The notes beneath the pieces were generated by a model, which was given only the letters and a program-made list of their open reading frames with translations, had not been told where the DNA came from and did no database searches. The translations under genes were made by a program, and so were the position numbers. Below are positions 10,632-19,403 of a stretch of 64,000 bases of DNA, piece by piece. The DNA comes from a virus. Lineage: Duplodnaviria; Caudoviricetes. Within the stretch, counting starts at the first letter, position 1, and every line of letters begins with the position of its first letter. The stretch lies in the IMG/VR virus record IMGVR_UViG_3300028591_000175, positions 13,232 to 77,231 of that record; one strand, written 5' to 3'.

Positions 10632-10636
10632 ATATT

Positions 10637-10711
10637 TGGTAGCGCTATCCAGAGTCGAACTGGACACCCCAGGATGAAAACCTGGTGACTTAACCGACTG
10701 TCCCTAGCGCC
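10637..10711 (-). tRNA. tRNA-Glu(UUC)
   Basis: CCAGG-TTTTCAT-CCTGG, T-loop GTTCGAC, CCA; G rather than U at position 8. Confidence 0.88.
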
Positions 10712-10733
10712 ATATGAAGGGGCTAACCGACCC

Positions 10734-11067
10734 CTATTTTCTTTTATGGAATTTAGCCCAATCATTTATTGCGTCTTCTAAACTCCAATCGTGTAACGTT
10801 CTCCAACCGTCTTACTCCATTTGCTAAATCTTTTTGGTCTTGTTCCCAACGGTCAATCGCGTCTTGTTTTGTTTCTAAAAATTTGAATTCCCATAAATCC
10901 CAACTGTCTAATCCTAAAGATTTATAGTGTCTACCGTTACCAACTTCAATATTAGGGTTTTTTAGTTTCCTTCTGATTTTACGGTTAGCATATTGCTTTC
11001 CTTTCTTCATTGACCTACCCCATAAAGCCATTCTTGAAATTGGGAAGTGTTTATAACTTCTACTCAT
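10734..11067 (-). CDS. Basic hypothetical protein (MSRSYKH...ANRKIRR type), probably completed by a +1 shift at CGG 10809-10807
   Basis: The 0-frame ends at 10762; the +1 frame gives GWRTLHDWSLEDAINDWAKFHKRK* ending at 10734. Confidence 0.6.
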
Positions 11068-11093
11068 TTTATCGCCTCCTTAGGCACGAAGCC

Positions 11094-11120
11094 CTAGAAG
11101 ACGCTACCTATTTTATTCAT
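11094..11120 (-). promoter_or_regulatory. Leader mini-ORF MNKIGSVF* with an SD-sequestering hairpin
   Basis: Strong RBS GGAGGAG; its stop lies in the 5' arm of a hairpin that pairs with the next gene's AGGAGG. Confidence 0.5.
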
Positions 11121-11131
11121 AATAACTCCTC

Positions 11132-11422
11132 CTAACCTATAGCATATCCAACACTACTAACAGCTTTTACGAAATCCGGTTGTTCACATTTCATATATCC
11201 ACTTGTTGGTTTGTGATATTTATACCAAGTTGGGTGAAAGTCATATTGATATAATCCTTCTGGTATATTTTCAATAACTGCATAATCATAACAAGTTTCC
11301 CATATATCACAAGCGTTATACAATACTGCGTTTTCAGCTTTTTCAAATGTATCAAAATAACCTACACATCTTGTATCGTGAATTTCACCTTTTTTAGTTT
11401 CGATTGTTGTTACGAAATACAT
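11132..11422 (-). CDS. Hypothetical protein (start MYFV at 11422)
   Basis: RBS AAGGAG; the upstream extension in the ORF track overlaps a structured RNA. Confidence 0.6.
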   Translation of the reverse strand: MYFVTTIETKKGEIHDTRCVGYFDTFEKAENAVLYNACDIWETCYDYAVIENIPEGLYQYDFHPTWYKYHKPTSGYMKCEQPDFVKAVSSVGYAIG

Positions 11423-11446
11423 AGTTATTCTCCTTTTTAATATAAT

Positions 11447-11642
11447 GGCTGGGGTGAAACAACTAACCCTCCCCAGCAGTGATTGTCGGTATTTACCCAC
11501 TGCTCGTGTATGCTCTAGGTAAAGTTTGTTACCACATATCAGGGCTTTCAATAATCTCGTGCATACAGATTACGGCTTATCGTTACTCTAGTTGATTTGT
11601 TGTGACTGACCCTCACAACTAGGTGACAGCGCCACGGCTATC
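11447..11642 (-). ncRNA. Candidate structured ncRNA (about 195 nt) directly 3' of tRNA-Thr
   Basis: Helices CTAGTTG/CAACTAG, GTTGTGA/TCACAAC, TAATCT/AGATTA, GCAGTG/CACTGC and GCTGGGG/CCCCAGC. Confidence 0.45.
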
Positions 11643-11718
<76 letters not shown>

Positions 11719-11726
11719 ATATACAA

Positions 11727-11823
11727 TGTTATATTCAATCTTTCCTATAGCGGATTTTCACCACTCCCCCACGTCAATTAAGATAGTAGTCGCAGAATCG
11801 AACTGCTCGAGTTGAATATAACA
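11727..11823 (-). ncRNA. Circularly permuted tRNA-like (YrlA/Y-RNA-like) element
   Basis: A 12-bp terminal stem encloses a T-arm (GCAG-TTCGATT-CTGC) followed by a D-like hairpin. Confidence 0.45.
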
Positions 11824-11872
11824 AAGTTTGGTGATTAACACCAAATAAAAATGTTCATACGCCCTTTCGGGC

Positions 11873-11946
11873 TGGCTCGGGAGCCTAGACTCGAACTAGG
11901 AATATATCGGTCAAAGCGCTATGTGATACCATTTCACCACTCCCGA
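11873..11946 (-). tRNA. tRNA-Gln(UUG)
   Basis: U1-A72 pair, anticodon loop CTTTGAC, one mismatch in the anticodon stem, GCCA end. Confidence 0.88.
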
Positions 11947-11949
11947 ATG

Positions 11950-12414
11950 TTATTTGTATGTTACATTATTTAATACATAAGACATTGTTGAATTTGAAAC
12001 ATTAAAACGTTTCGCAAGTGAAGTCAAACCATATTCTTTATCCCTAGGTTTATACATATCTCTACACCATTGTACCTGCTCTTTTGTGAGTTTAGCGTTA
12101 TAAGATTGTTCACCACGACCTTGATGTGACCAACGCTCTGCTACCCATTCAAGATTACTTGCTTCATTATTCAAAGTATTACCGTCAATATGTCTAACCC
12201 AAGTGTAACCCATAGGATTTGGTACAAAAGCCATAGCAACTAAACGAGCTACTATATAATATTTTGCTTTTCCTCTAGCTCCTAAAGATAAATTCACCAT
12301 TAGACAATTACTTTTATCAAGTTTTTGTTTTAATATTTTTCCAGTTTGTTTATTTCTAACGTCTCCATATTTTGAAACTTCATAATTTGAACAAACGCTA
12401 CATTCTTTCCACAT
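11950..12414 (-). CDS. NUMOD4-HNH homing endonuclease inside the tRNA cluster
   Basis: WK...YEVSKYGDVRN (NUMOD4) and RLVAMAFVPNP...VRHIDGNTLNNEASNLEW (HNH_3), with a C-terminal HTH. Confidence 0.85.
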   Translation of the reverse strand: MWKECSVCSNYEVSKYGDVRNKQTGKILKQKLDKSNCLMVNLSLGARGKAKYYIVARLVAMAFVPNPMGYTWVRHIDGNTLNNEASNLEWVAERWSHQGRGEQSYNAKLTKEQVQWCRDMYKPRDKEYGLTSLAKRFNVSNSTMSYVLNNVTYK

Positions 12415-12439
12415 TCTAACTACCTACCTACTAATTTTT

Positions 12440-12515
12440 TGGTTGCGGGAACAGGACTCGAACCTGTGACCTCAAGGTTATGGGCCTTGCGAGCTGCCAA
12501 CTGCTCTATCCCGCG
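12440..12515 (-). tRNA. Initiator tRNA-fMet(CAU)
   Basis: C1:A72 mismatch, CGCGGG acceptor, anticodon arm CAAGG-CCCATAA-CCTTG, CCA. Confidence 0.88.
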
Positions 12516-12535
12516 ATATATTATGAGTGGGGCAA

Positions 12536-12618
12536 AGCCGAGGGAGGACTTGAACCTCATCTACCCGCGCGGACTTTCACCCGTGACGTTACCCACTATA
12601 CGTCTTTTAACCTCAGCT
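12536..12618 (-). ncRNA. tRNA-like RNA lacking an anticodon loop
   Basis: Acceptor AGCTGAGG/CCTCGGCT, D-like arm and T-arm GAGG-TTCAAGT-CCTC; the anticodon arm is capped by GAAA; no adjacent CCA. Confidence 0.55.
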
Positions 12619-12798
12619 ATGTTAATTGAATATTGATTTTATTTTATATAATTTTTCTGGGTGTGCTTCATAATGATTTTTTTCGCAATATTTTTTATAA
12701 CATTTTTCGTCGCAAAAATGTTGATTATACTCATTTACACTTCCCCATAAAATTATTTTTTTACAATTTTCACAAGTATAGGCTAACATATTTTTCTC

Positions 12799-13413
12799 CT
12801 ATCTATACCAAGATTTTTTCTTTTTTATAATACTTCCTAAGTCCTCTGTATTTGGTAGTGTAACATCTTCGGGCGTTATATCGTTTACACTATTGCCAGG
12901 TTTTAATTCAATATAATGAATTACATTTTTGTCGGATAACTTTATTACTACACTACCAAAGGCAGGACTTTTCCCTGTTTTACCTAACCCACTTTCAAAA
13001 TTTATTCTACCCTTAGGCACATATAACTCACATTTACAATGTAAGTCGTGAAATCTAGCGGTAGTTAAAAATTCAATAGGGAATAAAACATATATAGTAT
13101 TGTGAGCTTTATTATAAGTCTCAACTGCCTTTGCTAAAAATTTGTGTTTATCTGTAAATGGAGGGTTAATCCAGATACGATTATATTTTGTCCAGTCTTG
13201 TGCAAGACCGTCTGTCTCTATTGTATCATAATGAGGTACTCCGAATTCAAGTGCTTTTCCTTCGCACGTTGCTGGGTCATAGTCAAATCCGTCAGGATAG
13301 AAAAAGTCTACTACATATTTTGGTGTATAATATTCATTATCTTTGCTAAATACTACGCTCGCTTTTGCCACGTCTTTTTCCCCCTTCTTCACATATAACA
13401 TTTGCCCAGCCAT
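12799..13413 (-). CDS. Phage DNA N6-adenine methyltransferase (phage Dam-like)
   Basis: EYYTP, DYDPA, DGLAQDW, WINPPF and GRINF motifs. Confidence 0.85.
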   Translation of the reverse strand: MAGQMLYVKKGEKDVAKASVVFSKDNEYYTPKYVVDFFYPDGFDYDPATCEGKALEFGVPHYDTIETDGLAQDWTKYNRIWINPPFTDKHKFLAKAVETYNKAHNTIYVLFPIEFLTTARFHDLHCKCELYVPKGRINFESGLGKTGKSPAFGSVVIKLSDKNVIHYIELKPGNSVNDITPEDVTLPNTEDLGSIIKKKKSWYR

Positions 13414-13416
13414 TGA

Positions 13417-14064
13417 CTACCTCTCCTTTGAATATTTTAGACTATCTAATAAGCCTTTAATACAATCTAAATCCTCAAAATGTTCTTCTTTTAAGAATAA
13501 CATAATCAATCCTTTTTCATTTGCTTTTTTTAATCTTCTACGTATCATTTCTTTGTATCGTGCGTTACTAATTGATACAGATTTAATATCAATAGTTATT
13601 AGTATTCCGTCGTATTTATCTAATAATTTTGCTTGTACGGGTATACCTTCTAACGCACTTCTGTCATTTGGTGCGTATGAAATATCGTTTTCTTGTAACC
13701 AAGTAAATAATTGCTCTGTGTATTTTCTAATATCTTTCTGTTCATAAGACGCTACATATTGTCCAAGTTCTGGATATTTTTGAAAATACCCTGGTGACAA
13801 TCTTGTCTTACCTGCTACTTCTGCTAATTCTTTTCTTGTTACTAATCGACCTTGAGCTTTAGCCCATTCAATTAGTTTTTCTCCGTCGTTTAATACAGTA
13901 TGAGACCCTTTAACCATAGCGTCGTGTCTCAGTTCTATATCATTTCTTTCTAAGATACGTCTGACGGTTGTTGGATATGTACCGAAGGCACGTGCTATCG
14001 CGTTCAAGGATTGACCATTTTCATATGCTTCGATTATTCCTTGTGGTTCTATTTTTGCCTTCAT
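13417..14064 (-). CDS. HTH-containing protein, possibly with a degenerate C-terminal nuclease-like domain
   Basis: YENGQSLNAIARAFGTYPTTVRRIL helix-turn-helix. Confidence 0.55.
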   Translation of the reverse strand: MKAKIEPQGIIEAYENGQSLNAIARAFGTYPTTVRRILERNDIELRHDAMVKGSHTVLNDGEKLIEWAKAQGRLVTRKELAEVAGKTRLSPGYFQKYPELGQYVASYEQKDIRKYTEQLFTWLQENDISYAPNDRSALEGIPVQAKLLDKYDGILITIDIKSVSISNARYKEMIRRRLKKANEKGLIMLFLKEEHFEDLDCIKGLLDSLKYSKER

Positions 14065-14065
14065 T

Positions 14066-14473
14066 TTATACCTCCTTTACCGCGTCTTCATATATCTTTC
14101 TGTTATCGTCGTTTAAGTCACATAGTCTTATGTTATCTAGTGCTACCGCTCTATCTCCTAATATCTCATCAACTTTTTCTTTCGGTATATTTTTCTCTGC
14201 CATAATTACGTCTAATAATGTATTTTTTCTACCAAAGAATTCTGAGTCTAATAAGTCATATGCTACGTCAATAAACTCTTTGTGAAGTTTCTTACCAAAG
14301 AACCTAAACATATCTGCAATATAAGGTGAGCGTCCTTTACCTAAGTATGTACTCTCGCCATATAACACACGTCTATATGAAGTTATTTGCATTTCTGGAT
14401 AGCCATATTCAGTTTTGAATTCCCTATATAGGTGAGCTTTATTTAGCGCCCTATATTCGGACAAGTCTTTCAT
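14066..14473 (-). CDS. Hypothetical protein
   Basis: RBS plus its own promoter upstream. Confidence 0.55.
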   Translation of the reverse strand: MKDLSEYRALNKAHLYREFKTEYGYPEMQITSYRRVLYGESTYLGKGRSPYIADMFRFFGKKLHKEFIDVAYDLLDSEFFGRKNTLLDVIMAEKNIPKEKVDEILGDRAVALDNIRLCDLNDDNRKIYEDAVKEV

Positions 14474-14512
14474 AATTACTTCTTCCTTTCTTTTGATAAA
14501 GTCTATAATATA

Positions 14513-14541
14513 ATTATATAATATTTTACGGAATTAGTCAA
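14513..14541 (-). promoter_or_regulatory. Promoter TTGACT-N17-TATAAT
   Basis: Near-consensus hexamers with 17-nt spacing. Confidence 0.65.
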
Positions 14542-14969
14542 GAGGTTTCTTGTTGTTTTTTATCTACCATATTAACGTCTCCACCGTCTAACATATATAA
14601 TAAAATAGATAACCAATAAGTAGGTTTGTCTGGGAACCATAGTCCATATTTGGCTTTTACTTTCACACATAATGCTAAGTGTCCTACGTCGTCTACGTCT
14701 CTTGTTGAAGTGTCGTTATCAATCCATAATTCTAAACGATTATCTTTACCAGCACGAAATCGAGGCAACATTCCCCACTTACTTTCACACAATACTATAT
14801 CTATATCATCAAAACCATAATATTGCAACTTTGAAGTAATCCATTTTGGGTTACGGTCAATTTCTTTCATACCGTGATAAACCATTTTAGGAAATATAAC
14901 TTTATTAAATAACTCCCACGCAAGATATAAACCGCTTATTACACCTAACACTGTAACAAAATCGGTCAT
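14538..14969 (-). CDS. Hypothetical membrane-anchored protein
   Basis: N-terminal hydrophobic helix; TAATG coupling to the upstream gene. Confidence 0.55.
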   Translation of the reverse strand: MTDFVTVLGVISGLYLAWELFNKVIFPKMVYHGMKEIDRNPKWITSKLQYYGFDDIDIVLCESKWGMLPRFRAGKDNRLELWIDNDTSTRDVDDVGHLALCVKVKAKYGLWFPDKPTYWLSILLYMLDGGDVNMVDKKQQETS

Positions 14970-15742
14970 TATTCTTTTCCTTCTTTCTTCGCAAGTTCAG
15001 CTCTTTTCTTTAATAAATAATCTTTAACTGTTTGCGACATTGCTGTATTTTTTGTTTTGAAGTGATGACTGTCTAAGTGTCTTAAATGTTCAACACATAT
15101 TTTGTCACTTGCATATTCTTTGTATCCAGCTTCATATAGTGCAATATAAAATGCTACATTTGGTATTGCTATTTCTGGGTATAAAGGACATTTATCTTCA
15201 TCTAATATGGTGTATGCACAATATCCTCCCCAATTTTCTGGGTGAATATCTTTATATGAAGTTATAGGTGTAGTACCAGCTGTAAAATTATTATTATTTT
15301 GATTAACATAAAACTTAAACATACACGCTGTATTTTCTGTTGCTTTACTAAGTTTTAATAATTCATTTACGGCAGCCTCCTCTTTTATTGCGTCGTCAAT
15401 AGGGAAATACCAGAATACTTTTTGGTCATCTGGATACATAGTTCTAACTTTTGCTCTTAATCTATTTCTTGTTGAATACATAATATTATCTTGATTATAT
15501 TTATGTTTATCACTCACTAAAACTAATTTTTTACCCGTTACGTCGTATAATTTTTGTACTTGCTCCTCTGTTGTAAATCCTTCAACGTCATTAGCATATA
15601 CAATTACAGGGTCTGCTATATCTGTGTAATTTACACCTACTCTTATCAATTCTTTGAATAATCTTATATAATTATCTACAAAGACGTCTACATATCTTTC
15701 TAAATAACCACTCCAACTAACACTACCAAAACAATATTTCAT
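14969..15742 (-). CDS. Possible GT-A-fold glycosyltransferase-like protein
   Basis: RN...WYFPIDD acidic motif and a C-terminal VEHLRHxxS; weak recognition. Confidence 0.35.
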   Translation of the reverse strand: MKYCFGSVSWSGYLERYVDVFVDNYIRLFKELIRVGVNYTDIADPVIVYANDVEGFTTEEQVQKLYDVTGKKLVLVSDKHKYNQDNIMYSTRNRLRAKVRTMYPDDQKVFWYFPIDDAIKEEAAVNELLKLSKATENTACMFKFYVNQNNNNFTAGTTPITSYKDIHPENWGGYCAYTILDEDKCPLYPEIAIPNVAFYIALYEAGYKEYASDKICVEHLRHLDSHHFKTKNTAMSQTVKDYLLKKRAELAKKEGKE

Positions 15743-15744
15743 AA

Positions 15745-16110
15745 CTATTCTTCCTTTCTTTTTCGTAATTTTTCTAATACGTAATCAATCCCTCCGAAGT
15801 TATTATCGTCTATATATTCATTACAAAAAATCTTTCGTGGGTTATTACCAAACCAATCCTTCATATGAGGTAGATTATCGTTCACTGCGTTGAATTTAAT
15901 TCCGTGGTCTTCACACCACATAAGCGCACCTTCTAATGCAATTCCTTCACGCATAGTCACAAGCACTAAATAAGCACCTTTTCTTTGTTCTTCAAGTATG
16001 TAATCTATAACCTCTTGGATAGGTTCTCCTATATTAGGATAAGGGGACACTATTGTAGCCAGTGTCCCGTCAAAATCAACACCTATTATTCTATTTCTTT
16101 TCTTCTTCAT
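15745..16110 (-). CDS. HAD-superfamily phosphatase
   Basis: IGVDFDGT, TMRE and RKI...YIDD motifs. Confidence 0.85.
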   Translation of the reverse strand: MKKKRNRIIGVDFDGTLATIVSPYPNIGEPIQEVIDYILEEQRKGAYLVLVTMREGIALEGALMWCEDHGIKFNAVNDNLPHMKDWFGNNPRKIFCNEYIDDNNFGGIDYVLEKLRKRKEE

Positions 16111-16459
16111 TAACAGGTTCCTCCGCTTTCTTTTTTCTGGTACGTTTCGGTTTTCTTTTCATAAATAACATTTCTTTGTTATCAAAATAAACTTTATCAT
16201 TACCATTATCTTTTTCGTCTCCTTCAAATTGAGGACGCATAAAAGATATATAAGCGGTTCCGTATTTTTGCACACATTCTCTTGTACGAGCTAATTTTTG
16301 ACAATCATTTTTGAAACCTAAATTTATATAATCTAAATCTTCTTTTTTATCGTCAGGTAGATTTTCTAAATCAACTTTTACTTCAAATGCGTCAGCCACT
16401 TCAAACTCGTGCTTTTTTGTTCTGTGTAAATAAACTCGTAGTATCATTCTATTCTCCAC
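16091..16459 (-). CDS. Hypothetical protein
   Basis: Coupled overlaps with both neighbours. Confidence 0.5.
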   Translation of the reverse strand: MENRMILRVYLHRTKKHEFEVADAFEVKVDLENLPDDKKEDLDYINLGFKNDCQKLARTRECVQKYGTAYISFMRPQFEGDEKDNGNDKVYFDNKEMLFMKRKPKRTRKKKAEEPVNEEEKK

Positions 16460-17561
16460 CTTTCAATAAATATTTATTAGACACAACTTTGAATGAATAG
16501 GTCATATCTTCTGTTCTAAATACGACACCTTCTGCGATTTGATTTGGTGAAGCGTCTTCAAAATATTTTCTGTATTTTATATCGTCAACATATTTCAATA
16601 ATTTTTCCACAGTATTATCCACTGTTTCCTCAGGGTCAAATTTGAATTTATCTTCTGCGTCAATTAGAGGTACGTGCTTTAGACCGAATTCTTCACATAA
16701 TTTTAACATATATAATAAGTCACATTTTACATAGCTTCCATTTTTACCAGTTTTACTTACAAAAGCATTGAATATAAACCATTCTTTTTCTTTAAGTCCT
16801 AATTTATTTCCTTGAATACCTGGTCCACATAATTCTCCTTGGAATGCTACATATATACCATTTATAGCTTTATAATTTTCAAATTTTTCTTTAGCTTCGT
16901 TTTCAAAATATTTATTAACTGTAGTAGTATACATATTTTCGTCTTTATAAAATTGATTTCTACCACCTATTAAAAATGCGTCGTCAAATAATCCAACTGT
17001 GCAAGAAGTACCGTCAAGTTTTATTGAGCTATACCAATCATCTTGTTCACTATTCATATATGTTGGTAAAACGTCTGCTGCACAAACTTGAATTCTCTCC
17101 TCATCAGTTTTTGGTATATACCATTCGTGATGAATTATATCGCCTAATGCTCCGTTTGAAACCGGTGGTTCATATTTTTCTATTTTTAATAATTCAGTTA
17201 AATCTTCACCTTCTGGATATTCAGTTCTAAAATCTATTTCACCATTTATCTGTACCATTAAATCTTTTATTTGCTCATAAGGTATTACTAATCCTTGAGA
17301 AATTTGATTTCTAAATTTATGTGTAGAAATCTTATACTTATTTAATTTTTGTGACCAAGAAGAACCCTTTAAGAATTCAAACGCTGGAATATCGGGAAGT
17401 AAGCTATCAATTTCAAAATAAATAACTTTGTCTCCTACTCGATATTCTCCTTTTCTGGCCACACAATCCCAGTTTAAGATTTGAACAATCTCTATTCTAT
17501 CTGCACCCTCTATCGGCTTTATCGCCTTGACAGTCTGCACACTTGCTAACTTTCTGCTCAT
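16449..17561 (-). CDS. ATP-dependent RNA ligase (DRB0094/Rnl2-like family)
   Basis: MSRKLASVQ...IEGADRIE N-domain, KLDGTS, FQGELCGPGIQGN, EGVVF and SFKVVSNKYL. Confidence 0.9.
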   Translation of the reverse strand: MSRKLASVQTVKAIKPIEGADRIEIVQILNWDCVARKGEYRVGDKVIYFEIDSLLPDIPAFEFLKGSSWSQKLNKYKISTHKFRNQISQGLVIPYEQIKDLMVQINGEIDFRTEYPEGEDLTELLKIEKYEPPVSNGALGDIIHHEWYIPKTDEERIQVCAADVLPTYMNSEQDDWYSSIKLDGTSCTVGLFDDAFLIGGRNQFYKDENMYTTTVNKYFENEAKEKFENYKAINGIYVAFQGELCGPGIQGNKLGLKEKEWFIFNAFVSKTGKNGSYVKCDLLYMLKLCEEFGLKHVPLIDAEDKFKFDPEETVDNTVEKLLKYVDDIKYRKYFEDASPNQIAEGVVFRTEDMTYSFKVVSNKYLLKGGE

Positions 17562-17682
17562 TTTTTAATCCTCCTTCTCTATAATGGTCACAACCAGGAC
17601 ACCCCATTTTTTCCACTCTACAGTGGTCTATATCATATCCTGTACCCGTACATATTCTCATTATAAATACCTCCTCGTAATA

Positions 17683-18098
17683 TTATTTTACTAATTCACG
17701 ACTAAGATTATTTACAAATTCATTGATTTTAGTTTGCATATATTCTGCGTCTTCCATTTTCGTACAACTAATAGTAGGTAAATTAAGTTGATAATTATTG
17801 CTACCTAATATAGTAATGTTGTTTGAAAATGTAAGATGTATTGATTTATCTTTTCCTTCTAATGTAGTCATAGTCATTACATACCTCCTTCTCTATCCAA
17901 TGGTGGACCAAAACCAAGTTGTGTTTTAGTCCCAGATATATTGGCTAATCGTTCATAGACTTCTAATTTTGCTTTGGCTACAGCTAATTCATTTTTTAGT
18001 TGTGCGTTTTCATTTTCTAGTGTAAACACTCTATTCATTACAATATTTTCTATTTTGTCATACGCGTTGTTTTCGGTTTCTACTTTACGAGTAGCCAT
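17683..18098 (-). CDS. Two small hypothetical proteins (17683-17877, 17877-18098)
   Basis: RBSs and a TAATG overlap. Confidence 0.5.
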
Positions 18099-18118
18099 TA
18101 TATCCTCTCCTTAATCTA

Positions 18119-18922
18119 TTATTTATTCATATTGAATAGCACAGTAGGGTCGTCGCTAAGCATTGTTGTAGGGAATTGACCATTCCATTTTTGTATCATT
18201 TCTCTTTGTATTTCTAATCTTAGTTGTTCTAATGATTTATCAGTTACAGATTGTGATTGTAACTCTCTTACTTTTGCTTCTGCCTCTGCTGTATTTATTT
18301 TTTGTTCATTTTGAACTTTTATAATTTCAAGTTGAGCTTTTTCAGCCTCAGCTTTTTGTTGGTTTGTAGTTTTAGCTTCAATAGCTTTATTGTATTCGTC
18401 TGTAAAGTCTATATTTTCTAGGTTTACAGCACTAATTAAGAAATATTCGTCAAGTCTTGCATTTAATTCTTCTGTTATTTTAGCAGCAACTTCTGCTCTT
18501 TTTGTTATCATTTCTTCTGCTGTAAATTGAGCCATACTAGCTTTAAGACTAGATTGTAATGCAGGGTTTAATATTACGTCGTTATAATGCTCTCCTACTT
18601 TTGCGTATAATTCTGTTACTTTTTCAGGTTTAATTTGATAGTTAATTGACATTGTTATATTTACAATTTGAAGGTCTTTTGCACTTCCTTCAACAGTATT
18701 TGAATATTTTTGTGTTCTAATATCTACGTCGTGTACGTCTTCAACGAATGGTTTAATCCAATGAAAACCTGCGTCTAAATATTTATCTTGAACATTTTGA
18801 TACAATGTTACAACTCCTATGTGTCCTGTTGGTACTATTGTTGTACCTGCAAAAAATATAATCATTCCTATAAATAATACTACTACTCCGATTACTAGAG
18901 CCATTGTTTGTTTTCTACTCAT
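18119..18922 (-). CDS. SPFH/band-7 (prohibitin) family membrane protein
   Basis: N-terminal TM, VPTGHIGVV, AKDLQIV, YNKAIEAK and IQKWNGQFP. Confidence 0.9.
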   Translation of the reverse strand: MSRKQTMALVIGVVVLFIGMIIFFAGTTIVPTGHIGVVTLYQNVQDKYLDAGFHWIKPFVEDVHDVDIRTQKYSNTVEGSAKDLQIVNITMSINYQIKPEKVTELYAKVGEHYNDVILNPALQSSLKASMAQFTAEEMITKRAEVAAKITEELNARLDEYFLISAVNLENIDFTDEYNKAIEAKTTNQQKAEAEKAQLEIIKVQNEQKINTAEAEAKVRELQSQSVTDKSLEQLRLEIQREMIQKWNGQFPTTMLSDDPTVLFNMNK

Positions 18923-18948
18923 AATTTCAATCCTCCTATTAAATTCAA

Positions 18949-19403
18949 TTATTTTTTAAGTTCTTTTAATTCTGTCTCAAGTGTTTCAATCTTTTTATAC
19001 AATCTATCGACTAAATCATTAAGCATTTTGTTATCACTTTCTTGTGATTTGATTTGTCTTTCTTGCATTTGAATTTTAACTTGTGATGGTACGTCTTCCT
19101 TATATTTATAAAACGCATAAGATAGAGCAATACCAATAATTACACCAATCATAAATACTGGAAACATAGCCATAATTATTCCTCCCCGTTATCTAAAATA
19201 TCTGTCAACGCGTTAATTTCTTCTGGAATTCTTGCAATAGCCACTAATGCGTCACCTGTTTCAGCACTACCTAATGTGTCACGAAGATTTGCAGTTAATG
19301 TTTTCAATGTATCGTGTATTTCAGCAAGTGTTGAATTTAACGTCTTCATTTCTAGTAACTTTTTTTCTTCAATATGTAACAATTTGCTTTCAAACGGTGT
19401 CAC
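18949..19403 (-). CDS. Two small hypothetical proteins (18949-19173 TM plus coiled coil; 19176-19403)
   Basis: RBSs and tight packing. Confidence 0.5.
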
